52,500 nucleotides of DNA, filler included, from Sphacelaria rigidula (GCA_964200075.2; 4 parts of 4 records of this genome joined end to end with filler, not necessarily neighbours in it), one strand, 5' to 3'. Positions 1 through 13,051 are shown, numbered from the whole stretch's first letter. The notes: generated by a model from the letters alone, not told the origin. Made by a program: numbers and translations.

Positions 1-634
1 AAAAATATGTCTTGACCAATCAGCGTCTTTCCAATTGTTCCGAAATCGAAAACACGAATTCCAAGCCCAATTTCCACCGAATCTCCACATGATTCCAATC
101 GTAGTGACCGTCATCAGCTTGGGAATCTAACGGGAGAAACAGATTTGGAAACGGTTCCAACGGGGTCGAATTTTGCCCAAAGTCGTAATGTTTCGATGAT
201 GTGGAGCTTTGGTGTCGTCTAATTTCCACTCATGATGCCGTACGAAAGACTCACGGAGCCTCGAGACGATTTCCCTTTTATCTGTCGCAGAAAAGCTCAG
301 ATCATCCTCAAACTTGGCAGTTCGGTGGGTATTGGTGCTCAAAATGGAAAAATTATTTACTCCGCAAGTTTTCAAAGTTCCTCCGTTCTCTACCGGCTTC
401 CGGGGGTCCCAGCATAAAGACCCCAGGAAACCGGTAGATAATGCCCCAACACTACAATTTTGACATCTCAGCGTTGGGTGGTATCCCAAGGAACATGTGC
501 ACCAGTTTTCGCTGCTCAACTCGAAAAACTGAATCGGCTGGGTCGTTTACCGTGAAAACATCCCCCATAAAGGGCGATTCCGTACTCTAATCAAGTAATT
601 ACAGACTTTTTAATACTTCAGCGCACGTTTTGGC

Positions 635-897
635 ATTTCCTCACGCCGTTTTTTCGAGTTAGACCACGAAAATCTGCACACGTGTTCTGGAGGGCACTAT
701 CTATAAGTCGAGGACCGTTTTTTTTGGGGTAGCTTTTTATCCAAGGTCGCGGTTGACCTACTTGACACGGGGAGGGGTCAGATCCCGACTATCTCGACAC
801 CAAAAAAAAAAAAACGGTCTTCGAGTTTTAGATAGTGCCCTCAAGAACATGTGTGCAAACATTCGTGGTCCAACTCGAAAAAACGGCGTGAGGAAAT
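635..897. mobile_element. Palindromic (fold-back) MITE-like element, ~260 bp
   Basis: 635-~730 (atttcctcacgccgttttttcgagttagaccacg...gagggcactatcta) is the reverse complement, with a few mismatches, of ~798-897 (tagatagtgccctc...cgtggtccaactcgaaaaaacggcgtgaggaaat). No coding capacity. Confidence 0.7.
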
Positions 898-1667
898 CCC
901 GGGCAATTAATTTTGGGCGTTCAACATGAACCAGCTCGTATCTCAAGGGCAATCACGCCCGCACTCACATGTTCTAACATAGTACAAACAGGAGTAACTT
1001 TGCACCGGCCGAACAGAGTGCCCAGCAACGGGCAGAGCCCTGTTCGCTTTATGGAAGACGAACCAACCAACACACCGTGAGGTTTTCAACGGTGTGGAGA
1101 CAGCACCGCGTGCCGGCTTCACACTATTTTCTGCAGAGACGAACACAACAACATCGCAGCTCAGGCAATCTAAAAACCCTGTTAGCAATGTTTACGCTCA
1201 CAGTCAGTACAGATAGTGACAGCTTCAGCACACAGGGAGGCGTGCGAGTGCAACTGTGTTTTTGCTGCGGTACAGTGAAATAGGACACGTTCCATGTTCG
1301 AGTCCTTTCCCTGATTTTGAACAGGTCTTCCGTTTTTGATGGGTGCTGAGTTCGAGCGCTCGGACAAGATCGTATTTCACATTGAGTTACCCCTATCTGC
1401 GTGTGGAAGGTCTGGCTTATTGTGTTGCGGGCTTCGTCCGCTAATCGAATTTCTTGAATTCTGTCCCCGGTACGTCTTGAGTTTGCCTTTTTTCAGGTGA
1501 AATTGATGCTGATTCAACAGGTGACCTGTGATAAAGCCTGGTATAGATATAGGCCTAGCCTATATATACCCCCCTATACTATATGATATTTCATGTACCT
1601 TAGTCATGTTTTTTCGGAGGGTATATGATATATTATGATTTTTTTTTTACTACATATCATATACTCT

Positions 1668-2100
1668 TGTGGTGAGCCAAGCTCTCGGAGGCTTTATGGT
1701 TTTGAACTGAACCAGTTCTAGTTTGAAAATATGAATGTATGCATCGGGGAATCGGGGCAAAACATGAAGAATAATCCTTGCCAGGAGTACAGAAATGGTT
1801 TTGTGGTGTTTCAAGGCCCAGTGAGCATTATCCTGGCTACGGGCCACAAGCACGCTGACGTATTCTATGTTGAAGTAGTAAAAGTAAGAAAAAAATTGCA
1901 TTCCAGATCGGAAGGTCAGAGCAGAAGAGGGATGTTGAAGGGTAGATTCACGAAATAGGGCGTCATTCCATCATGGTTTGGACTTCGTACAGCATAAACC
2001 AGCTTTTGGGTGTGTTTGACGACTGAAGAGTGGATTCTTTTAGAGTTAACATCACAGGTTAGGTGGGCAAGTACGATTGAAGAGATGGAGGGGCACAGAG
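1668..2100 (+). repeat. 5' LTR of the Gypsy element (at least 433 bp; may extend to ~2390)
   Basis: Starts tgtggtgagccaagc and aligns without gaps to 12489-12921, with about 15 substitutions counted by eye. CACA at 2094-2097. An alternative end ...tgaca at 2390 is followed by a PBS-like tggcgatcg at 2392. Confidence 0.9.
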
Positions 2101-2410
2101 GTGACGACCGAAAGGTTTTCAGTCTTCACCCCCGCGAGTCACTCTCTTATTTTACGGTCCTCGGTTTCTGGTTTGAAGATTTGTTTTGCGTACTTTTTAT
2201 GGTATTATAGTGCAACGACATCGGGGCGTCACCAGTAATATACTCGAAAGAAGAATCAAAAATCCTATTTTCACATCGTGGCATATCAGTGCCCGCATCT
2301 CTCTTGGACTGTGTTTGAACAAGACGGTTGACCTTCATAAAAACAGTTGAACCTATATTTGGGAATAGAGTGAAAACTTAAACCCTGACACTGGCGATCG
2401 ACGGTACTCT

Positions 2411-5400
2411 GTGGAGGAAGTTCAGCATGGTCTGCGCAGCACAGGTCTTCAGTTCGACACTCCGACTACCGAAATGTCCGGTAAGAGCGATCGCTCCGTG
2501 TGTGATATGGCAGTTACAAGCAGGGTCCAAACAAGGTCACAACGTAGGGCAGCAAATGAAATGTCACGTGGTACAACCTTGACTGCAGTAACCAGTTCAA
2601 ACGTGTCGGATGAATCAGAGACGGGAGAAGGACGTAGTGAGGAGTCAGTTGAAAGCGCGTCGGACTCGGAACCGAGGCTTCCAGCAAATTCAGGGATCAA
2701 CACTGGGGGGGGAAAGCATTACAGAGAAACTTTCGGCACTCCACCCTCATCGGGACAATGACAAGACAGGCGTAGAGAATAATTCGTCAACAGATGATGG
2801 AAATAACTCGCGTCGCGTAGCAGATGTAGGATCAGTTTTTACCCCTGAAGGCGGTCGAAGCCCCACCGATAAAACAACGTCGGCGCTTCACGCCCCCAAC
2901 ACAGATGACATGAAATGTGTTGAGAGCCTGACTGTAACAGGGGCGGGTATTCGCATTGCAAAGGTTGTCGACAGAGATGGACAAAAGCGGACTGTAGAAA
3001 CGTCATGTGTCCCAACCTCTGTTGAACCGGACAGTAACATGTCCACTGTGCCACGCCATAATATTGAAACTTCACAACTGCCCAGTGCTGTGTATGACAT
3101 GCTGGTGGGTAGCAATGTGAGGGCGCCCCCCGGTGGAAATAAAATGCGTGATAGTGTTTGAGTTGAATCATCCGGTGATGTGAACAACATGCTTGCTGGT
3201 AGCAATTTGCAGTCACCCACGAACACGGATGACATGATTGTGGGTGACCAGGCAAAATTAGGTGGCGATGCAGAAATGATAGAAGGTACTCAGGTGCCAC
3301 TGTCCAGATCTCATGAGAAACAAGATGGAGACGATGAGCAGAACAGCGAAATATGTTCAGGCCCGAGAGAATCTCAGGGTGACTCAGTGGCCCACTTTCA
3401 CACGCCAAGAGTAGAACAAAGTAGTAGAAAATTGATTGCATCGGGAGTAGTTCAACAGATTGTGAAACTCCACAAAACGGAGGCACAACTACGATCGATC
3501 CTGTCTGACATTGAGAGTAGCGATGGTAGCATGGCACGTTCGAGTCAAGAACCGAGGAGATGTATTAGAACGCAGGGGGCAGATGCTGCATCAGTACAAG
3601 CAGAACAAACAAAGCGGACAGATCAAGGTTTTCAGCCTGTCGGTTGTTCTTCGTTGCCCCCCCAGTACCGTGAAATGTCACCAGAACCGTTAATGACCAT
3701 GTGTGCTACCTCCGTTGATGGTAATGTACATGCCTCTGCAGACACTGATGCTTGCACGATCTTTGGCGGCAAATCGTCGAGCTCGTCGGTGATCGGACTG
3801 CCGGGGGTGACGGTTCCAAGCACCACGCGCCCCGAGGAGGCTCTTTCCGCCAGCCCAGCAAACACGATGACTACTCCGGCTGCGACGGCCATCGAGGTAA
3901 CGAAACCGTGTATAGTGGTGGCAAATGAGGGTGCACTTTTTGAAAACACCTTTGCAAGGGTTGACAAACCTCTTGTAGTAGTTTGATGTGGTGGAACATG
4001 TCCGTCAAGTATTGGACTCTTTGTCGCATGCGGATAGATGCCGAGTGTTGGGATTTGACGCCCATGATGGAAGTCGCTCATGCAAGATGGTCACTGCGCC
4101 GGGGGGAGTCTATACCCCCATTCCGTCGGTTCTGACGAGACCCCTGTTGGCTGATGAAGAAAACAGAGGGGGTGAATTCATCCTCGGCACAGCGGCTGCT
4201 GTAGCTAGAGTTGAAAAAGGGCACGCGACTTGCGCCGAGCGGTCAAATCTTTCAAGTAGTCTGTCCTGCCTGAACGGTCAGGACACGGACGGAGACGAGA
4301 CTCTCGCGTGGGTGTTGCATAATGCTGAACTCCGTGCGGCGGCTCGTAGGAGCAGACAATCAGCAGCGACAGTAATGAAGGATGAAGCCCTGGCTAAACG
4401 GCTTTCTGAAATTCCAGCTGTTGAAACGGCTCGGGTAGCTAACATCGCTGAGCCTGTCCTAGGAGTGAAACAGGAGGCTGACAGAGAGTGGCAGCTGTTA
4501 GGAAAGGCATCGTGGTCACATGCGCAGGCAGTGAAGTCAACACCCGCTGCAGCCAGCAAACCAACTCCTGTGTTTTTGCCTCCAACGTTTGCGTTACCCG
4601 AATTCCTGGCTCATACTGCAAGACGCGAGTTGCGTGCAGGCGGATACGAATTCCGTGTGGCTGAAGGTGGCGGGAGGACTGGCAGGGGGTCGGAAGGATC
4701 TTTAACAAGGGACCGCCGAGGTCAAAGTCGGGTGCACCCTTGTGGGAGTGGCCTTTATAAAACAAGGTACGACTCGGAAAAAGCTGGTGTCATGGGTTTG
4801 TTGGTAAATTTGATGGTGGAACCAGAAACCACGTTTGCAACTTATTTATCGGGGTTGAGACTGTTGGTGACGAACGTGCAAAGTGTTGGTCGAGAATTGG
4901 CGCCGGGAAATGGCTCCATCCAGTCAGCGGTGAAAAATGGCATTGATGATCAATTCCCCAATATTTGTGCACAGGCTTTTGCGGGTGGACACCATCAACC
5001 TCTCCCCTTCAATGATGTTGAACGAATGATGAAAGCTCTTCGAGATTTTGACACAAATACCTCGGTGACTGTAGCAGCTAAGCGTTTCGGCACAGGGAGC
5101 GTCGGTGGTATAACAACCAGGTCCAGACATTTTGCCAAAGCGTTGCATAGCAAAAAGTTTGGGGGAGTCATGGGCATTGACGAGGTGTACCGAGAGGAAG
5201 ACACAGAAATGCAGCATGTAAACTCAGTCGGTCAGAAAAATAACCACCGTTTCGGGAGAAGGGGTAGAGATCCCCTTTTTATGAACCATTTCACTATCGT
5301 ACGAAGCAAAAGACGCAGCGCGTGAAGCATTCGGTCCTTGCTGTTTGAACTGCGGTAGCTCGGAACTCCTTCTGGCCCGAGACTGTCCGCAAGAATTCAT

Positions 5401-6946
5401 GAACAAATCAGGCATTATTCACCATGAAATCGGGGAAGGGCCCCCACAAGAAATTTCTGAAAAATGGCGACGATGGCAGCACCGCTTGTGTGCGTACCAT
5501 CGTAATAGAAACAAACCCTGAAGGTGCAACGATGAAAATTGGGGCAGTTCATCGATAGCACTTCAGCCCGTATTAAGTATTGGAGGACCTGACCCTCTCC
5601 CAAAAGCTGCGAATACTAATGTCGACACTGGATCTAGTCCGCTCAGTCCAACTGGCTCGTCCTTGCGCGGGAAGACTACTAGTTGGGGGGACGAGGGAAA
5701 AACGTTCCCACCGGGTAAGAATTGTGGTGCCGATGGAACACTGAAATCCAACGTAAGGACTGATCATCCGAGGGAAGGAAATTCGAAGGTTGCAAAGACA
5801 TCACAATCCTGTACAGGTCAGAGTGTCAGCCAGTCTGTAGACACTTTAATGCAGACGGGTGCAAGTGGGGCCTTAGCGTGGAAATCTTGGAAGACATTTC
5901 AGTCTGGCCGTCGGAATAGTGCATCGATTGAGGGTAGCTCCCCTAGTTGCGCACATATTCTAAGCGATATTTTATGTGAAAGTAAAACATCGAGTGCAAA
6001 GCCAGGCAGCCGAGATGAATCATTCGAACCGTCGGTTGTAACTAGAGTTTTGGATGGACCCGAGGCGATTGTACAGTCGCAGAGTAATGAGCATCCAGTA
6101 GGAAAAGTAAGCATCCAGGGTGAGGCAGGTGAACCGCGTGATCGAGTTAGCACTGAACGTAGTCCTCGATACCCATTTGGACCGGGGAACACACGTAGAG
6201 ATCGTACCGCCGCATGTTCTACCGTGCGAGACAAAACAACTCGCATCGGCAGGAACAACAGTAATAGTAGGAACCTGGTTGGTCGAAGTGACATTACTCC
6301 CGCTGAAACTTAATCTTCGACGACTCACGGCAAATCTGCCCGCAGCAGCCGGGATGATAGTAATGCTCTGGTAGGGGAAGAAGCAAATTGTCCCGCCGAG
6401 ATTTCCACTGTGCATGAAGAGACAAAACGCACCAGTTCGACAATCAGTAGCATTGGAGTGGGTGAAGGTGACATTTCTCCGACCAGAGATCACGATGTTC
6501 GTAGCTCAAGAGCTCACAACAGTCGGGACAACAGTGGTGAGAATCAGGGGGGATCAAGCTTGGCTGGTCCTACTCTCGATCTGGCAACCGTACACGAAAG
6601 TGGATCGTCTGCCAGTGGTAATGATGTGCAGGCATGCATGACTATTGATTTCCCCGATAAAACCGTTCGAGAATCCCAGGATATTTCACGACAAACAGAT
6701 CGTGATGAATCTTCGTGTTACGTAGTGCCTAGGGTAGCTGTAGAAAAAGGTAACGAACCAAGGGGGATCCCAGTAGGAAGTATTTATGCATTGGATCCCC
6801 GAACTGGCAGTCGTTTGCCTACCGGACCAGTCTCCGCCCGCGTACCAGCGACAATATCTAGTCAGGTAGCGCGAGGAAAGAAAGGTCGTCACTTGGAAGA
6901 AATTAACCAAGTAAGGGGAGGGGAAGTGAGTTTGAACCGGAAATAA
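2411..6946 (+). pseudogene. Gypsy gag region and long low-complexity spacer, fragmented
   Basis: Chain of same-strand ORFs (2411-2761, 2610-3161, 3180-3986, 3988-5325, 5663-6313, 6410-6946) between LTR and protease. Degenerate zinc knuckle CLNCGSSELLLARDCP at ~5341-5390. Confidence 0.65.
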
Positions 6947-6955
6947 AGTTCGACC

Positions 6956-9900
6956 TTGGCGCAAATATTCTCTGGCCTAAAGGCAACTAGAACATTGGAG
7001 ATGAAGGCTTTGGTGGACACAGGGAGCCCGGCGACGTTTATTCATTACTCAATATGGAAAAAGATGGTTGACGTTGGGGCAGCCACTATTGAAGGCGTCC
7101 GAGAGATAGACCCGGTATCCTGGGGTGGTTTTAATGGTGTCCTGTTGTGTACTTCTTCACAGGTGCGGTTGAATATCAGACTGTGGCCTAGAAGACCCAA
7201 CCCACGAATGTCCGTTCAGAACGGACGAGCATGTTGAGCAATTAACGCCCATGTTGTACCTGATGGAACAATGCATCATGACATTCTAGTAGGACGTGAT
7301 AGCCTTGGATTATTTCCGGTCAGAACGTATCGTGATGTAAACCGACGCGAAACAGTCATGACTTTGCAAGGAAAAAACATTCACTGTTAATCGTGAGTCT
7401 GCGGAACACGTCCGCACTACTGTTGGTTTCGTTGAACCGACATCTTCAACAGCTCAAGTTACAGTAGTGTACAATGGGTCTCATGATACGATACGACCTG
7501 ATACATTGTCATGGATTCCGGTAAAAGTATGTAACACGGACGGAACGCCCACCAAAAGTGGCTGTTATTATATATCTCTGGATCCAGATTGGTCCCCACA
7601 TGAGATTATCGTAGAAGCAGGTGAATCCATTATCCCTATACGTCATACCGGTTTAGAAGGACATATCTTGCATCCAAACACCACTCTAGGTTCGGCGGGG
7701 GCACCTTTGGTACCATGCTCTCTGAAAAACGTCAAGATTTCTGAAACAAAGAACCTGAAACCTGAGAAGATACTCACGGTTGACCAAAATTTAGAGGAAC
7801 CTCCAGTAATGGCAGGTTTGACAAATGAACAACAACGAACATTCAAAGCTATGTGGGTAAAGCTTCCCGTACATATGCGAAAAATAAAGTTCGGGTTGGA
7901 AGGCGCGCATTGGCCAGTTGAGGACATTGAAAATTTGAGGGAACTTTTGTGCAAATATTAACATGGATTTTCAAAGGACAAGATGGATTTGGGGTATTGC
8001 ACGGTGGATCCGTTTAGGATTGAACTCAAACCGGGGACAAGGCCTGTCAAACAGCGCCCATATCGTCAAAACCGGGCGCTTCAAAAGAAGGTGCAAGTGG
8101 AAATTGACTGCATGCTCGCAGCAGGCATTTTACGGAGATCATATTCCAACTGGAGTAGTCCGCTCGTGGTTGTGAACAAAGCGGATGGGTCCATTCGAAT
8201 TACGTGCAACTACAAGAAGCTAACTGATAGTACAGTACTTCCGGTGTTGCCCATTCCGATTATTGAGAAACTTTTGGATGAATTAGGGGGTGTCAAAATA
8301 TTTTCATGTTTGGACATCACCTCGGGTTACTTTAATGTGGCTATGCATCAAGACTCAATCCCGTTAACGGCGATTTGTAGGCAAAGTGGTCTCGATGAAT
8401 GGTTAGCTATGCCGATGGGTTGCGGTGGAAGTCCGGGTTGATTTCAGGCAATCATGGCGAGAATATGTGATGGGTTGGAACGATGCCGTCTATATATTGA
8501 TGATGTGTGTACGTTCAGCGGAACAGGTAGACAGCATGTAGATGACTTGGAGGGTCTTTTTCAACGATTGACCAAGTACAACCTCAAGTTTGCACCGAGA
8601 AAAGCACGTGTTGGGATGAAAGAAACAAAATTTCTGGGACATCACATATCGGCTGAGGGAATTTCTCCTGATCAGGACAAGGTGCAGGCTTTAATCAAAA
8701 TGCCAATGCCAGCCGATGTATCTCAGCTCAGATTGCTTTTGGGAGGTTTGGGGTACTACCGTAAATTTATTCCGAGAATGGCTGCGAGACTAAAACCTCT
8801 CACACAATTGTTGAAGAAGGGGGTTGAGTTCCAGTTTACTCAAGAACACGAAACGATAGCCAAGGAGATGTTATCATCCTTGACCGGTACGAACGTTTTG
8901 GCATTTCCGAACTACGGAGATGCATCTCTGGATGGTCTGGGCGCGGTGGTGGAACAACGCCAAGAGGATAACACAGTTCGACCTCTTATTTTTCTCAGTC
9001 GAGGAACACTCCCCAACGAAAGAAATTGGAGTGTGTTCGAATTAGAGGCAGCGGCTATCGTGTGGGCCATCAAAAAGAGCAGACGACTATTCTACGGAGT
9101 GCCGTTTGAAATCTATACTGATCACCAACCTTCGCGAAATTTATTGAGCCTTGCAGAAAAGGTTCCGAGAGTTCAGCGCTGGCACGACTTTCTAAGTGCG
9201 TACACTTATGAAATTAAGTACAAGCCAGGACGCGTGAACGCGAATGCGGATATGTTGTCTCGTTTACCACAGCCGCCGGATGATAATGATATGTCTAGGG
9301 ATGCCCGAATAACGGACCCGGGAAACATGGATGTCTATTTTATTGGCGCTGGTGAAATATGGCCGAGAATTATAAACAAAACTCGACCAGGGGTGGACAT
9401 GTAGGGTCGGTTGGGAGTACCCACGATTCAAACTTGAATGGGCTAGACCCTGGATCGTTTTTTAAATTGGGGAAAAATAAGTAAGTGCAGTACCGCTCAC
9501 GACCTCTGAAAAAGCTGACCTAAAATGGATCGAGCTACAAAGAGCGAGGAATAGTATTAGGGCACAGGTGGAAAGTGGAAAAGTGAACAAGTCTTCGTAC
9601 GTGGTACAGGATGACACACCATTAATTGCTACACAGATTAGTGACATGATCAGAGGACAATGGGAACAAGGATTGACTTTGGATGCATGTCCGATCACGG
9701 AAATTGGGAGAAGACTGCTACAACCTCAGGAACATAGAGCGATGTTGGTCATTGAACCCACGACCAATGAAGGAAGTAGTAGTGCGGGGCCATTAACAAC
9801 GGTACCACCGACTCTGGAAGCAGAAGAAGCCTGTCATTTTGTGGAACGTTTATGTCAGAAATCGGCAAACGATTGGGCGCGAATACAGCAGGAAGATCTC

Positions 9901-12024
9901 ACGTCGAGGACAGTCATCGAATATTTGAACAAACGAGTGACGGTGTTGACGAAGGATCAAGAAAAAGGGGTTCCCACACGAATTGACCTATCCGAGTTCA
10001 AAAGATTACTGAAACAGGGAACACTTTCAGAAATATCGGACGGAGGTTGATTATTAGTAAAAAAGCAGACACCAATGCCCAGTCAACTGGACCGAAACCC
10101 GGGACAATTTGAGAGGTATTTGGGAGAAGAGCCAAGCAGAACGTATGTGCCACTGCTTTTGAGACCTTGGGTAATGGATCAAACTCACAAAGAAGCGATT
10201 CATTTGGGTGAAGGTATCACGTTATCTTTGTTGAAGCGATATTACTGGTGGATTGGGATGGAGGACAGTGTTACATTCTGGGTCAGGAGATGTTATACAT
10301 GTCAAGCTCGGAAAAATCCAAGAGATACAGCACGGTGGCCACTTATTTCCTTACCCCTGCCGAGTCAACCAGGGCAAATGGTTTCGTTTGATTTGTTGGG
10401 CCCGTTAACAAAATCAACAAAGGGGAATACATACATTTTTTTGATGGTAGATCTGTTTAGTAGACATGCGGAAGTGTATGCCCTCATCAAAGAAAAGAAA
10501 ACGGCGGAAGGTTGTGCGAATATTCTAGCGCACCACTACATCCCGAGATGGGGATGTACTCACACGCTCTTGTCGGATCGAGGAACGGAATATACAGCAA
10601 AAGTGGCAAGGATAGTCTATGAGATGTTGGGGGCCGTGAAACGATACACGAGCGCGTATCATCCACAAACTAACGGGATGGGGGAGCGACTGAACCACAC
10701 GCTATGTCAGATGTTCTCGTACCTAGTGGCACATGACCAGAAAGACTGGGATAAGCTATTGTTACACGCAATTTCTGCACACAACAACAATGTAAGTAGA
10801 GGAATAGGGTTAGCGCCGAACGAGGTGCATATTGGGAGATATCCAAGGTTACCCATGACCATCCTAGAACGAAGTGGTGTGGTAGGACACCAAGGCCTGA
10901 AGACGGACCAACTTGAATATTTGCAGTTGATGAAGGATCGTCAAACCAAAGCATACGATCTTGTAAGACAAGAGGACTTTCTGATAAAATCCAAACACGA
11001 GGCAAATAATGAGCAGGTGAAAGAAGCTCTAAATCAAAAGCCAAAGTGGGAGATAGGCAACTGGGTTTTTGTGTATGACACCAAGGGTACTATCATGTCA
11101 GGGGGAACTGCGGTACGCGAAGGGGGAAAAACAGCCTTATCGTCGAAACTATCGCATTCTTGGCGAGGGCCGTACGAAATCTTGGTGGTGGGACCAGGTA
11201 TTTCGGAAAAGGGTGAGCTAGTGGGAGAAAAACTACTGTTGCTTGAACTCCGGAAAAATGAGCTAGGGGCAATCATGAGTCCCCGAGTCTCTGTGTTGAG
11301 ATGTAAGCGGTGCTTCAATCCAAAAGATGAACCGGAGCCACCGAAGTCTCCACCCTGGGGTTTAAGTCGGTATGTGTTGAATCAATATTCGGAACTATCA
11401 CCTCCGTTACAAATAACCGAGGAAGATGTGTCGATAAAGCTGGGCACGTAAAGGCTGAAGCCCGCGAAAATTGTGAGTCACCGTCTATCTCGTGGTTTGG
11501 GGGGAAAACTCTCAGTTCCGTATCTATTATATTGGGAGAATTCGGAGAGGCCCAGGTGGGAACATGAGGAGGACATAAAACAATATGGACGGGTAATTTT
11601 GACGTACTGGATGGGAAATCCCAGAATGGAGAAGCCAGACGACTCGAAGTATCGAAAATACCACATAGATTTGGCAAGACGAGCGGAGGCTAGAGAACGG
11701 GGAGAAATGTTTGTGACTCAAGGCTATGAGTTGAGAAGCAATGTCATTGCTGGTCCTCATGTGTATGACCCGCAAATTGTCGGTTGTTATATATATTATC
11801 GAATGCAGTCGGCAGGATGGCTTCTAGCCCAGGTGATGGGACTTCAAGAGGATGCGGCGATACACAGGCGCCCGCACACTTTGAGGATGTTGGATCTGGG
11901 GAAGAGGTACAACGTTCACCTTTCACTGGAGAATTTGAACGCATCGAGGAATCAAGTGGGGGACTGGTGCTGGCATGTTCATGTGCAGCGCGTTGTTTCA
12001 AAATTCTTTGAACATACGCTGTAG
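6956..12024 (+). pseudogene. pol: Gypsy pol (aspartic protease, RT, RNase H, integrase, chromodomain), interrupted by stops and frameshifts
   Basis: Protease ALVDTGSPATFI (~7007-7042). RT motifs SNWSSPLVVV, LDITSGY, MPMG, LYIDDV. RNase H DAS..GLGAV, ELEAAAIVWA, YTDHQP, NANADMLSR. Integrase H..IHLG, C-x2-C, SFDLLGP, LSDRG, YHPQTNGMGER, GPY motif. Chromodomain-like VSHR...YLLYWEN...WEHEEDI at 11473-11610. Confidence 0.95.
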
Positions 12025-12488
12025 CTGGAACGCTGGAGGAGACCACCGACTATCATCGGAATTGAAGACGGGCGTCACAAGATTCTAGATAATTGGGGGG
12101 GGGGTTGGCATCGGTACACGACGACGAGAAGGAGATGAAGCTGCGCCAGGAGAACGATGAAATAGCTAGACTAATTCTCTTACTTTAATTGGAGTGTTTT
12201 TCTTTGTTTTACTTTGAAGTTGACTGTTGGAATAATCGTGTAGGTTGAACACGGGCAGTATCTTTGAGGAAGGGGACCGATTTGTGGAGTTTGGGGGGAA
12301 TAAATCAGGGTAAAGTAGCACATGTACATTTTCTGGGAGTCTATTTTGTAGTACTCAAGGATTAGGGACAGCTGGTTGGAGTATCAAATGGAAATATCGA
12401 GGCACATCAGAGTTCTGGCGTTTTCAATTAGTTTGTTCACCGAATCATCTAAACAAAAGATGAAATTTAGGTTCACAGAATGGGCTGA

Positions 12489-12921
12489 TGTGGTGAGCCA
12501 AGCTCTCGGAGACTTCATGGTTTTGAACTGAACCAGTTCTAGTTTGAAAATATGAATGTATGCATCGGGGAATCGGGGCAAAACATGAAGAATAATCCTT
12601 GTCAGGGGTACAGAAATGGTTTTGTGGTGTTTCAAGGCCCAGCGAGCATTATCCTGGCTGCGGGCCACAAGCACGCTGACGTATTCTATGTTGAAGTAGT
12701 AAAAGTAAGAAAAAACTTGCATTCCGGATCGGAAGATCAGAGCAGAAGAGGGGTGTTGAAGGGTAGATTCACGAAATAGGGCGTCATTTCATCGTGTTTT
12801 GGACTTCGTACAGCATAAACCAGCTTTTGGGTGTGTTTGACGACTGAAGAGTGGATTCTTTTAGAGTTGACATCACAGGTTAGGTGGGCAAGTACGATTG
12901 AAGAGATGGAGGGACACAGAG
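12489..12921 (+). repeat. 3' LTR of the Gypsy element
   Basis: About 96-97% identical (by eye) to 1668-2100. Similarity stops after cacagag, 130 bp before an assembly spacer. Confidence 0.9.
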
Positions 12922-13051
12922 TTTTCTGAGTGTCGAGCTTGTTGATCGATTTCTCGTCCAACGCGCTTTGGGGATGTGTGTGGTGTTTTGTCGTCCCATT
13001 TATTCTGGGCGCCAATCTACCCTTTTCGGGATATGTGGGCGCATCAGCCGG

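Larger units (their letters stand above)
1668..12921 (+). mobile_element. Ty3/Gypsy LTR retrotransposon (chromovirus-type), near full-length, degenerate
   Basis: Direct repeats 1668-2100 and 12489-12921 both begin TGTG. Internal order is gag-PR-RT-RH-IN-chromo, the Gypsy arrangement. Many stops and frameshifts. Confidence 0.95.

Noticed and set aside
1540-1664. Short AT-rich hairpins just upstream of the LTR (ggtatagatataggc/gcctatatatacc; gtatatgatat/atatcatatac)
   Set aside because: Short, low-complexity TA-rich symmetry that is likely by chance or a fragment of a small repeat. No function can be supported.
1650-2210. Duplicated small ORFs (75-112 aa) here and at 12384-12779
   Set aside because: They lie within the LTRs and are duplicated for that reason. 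No protein motif.
5615-5645. Second protease motif (NVDTGSS) upstream of the real protease
   Set aside because: Lacks the preceding hydrophobic strand and any downstream ILG-type motif, and sits in Ser/Thr-rich spacer. Probably chance.
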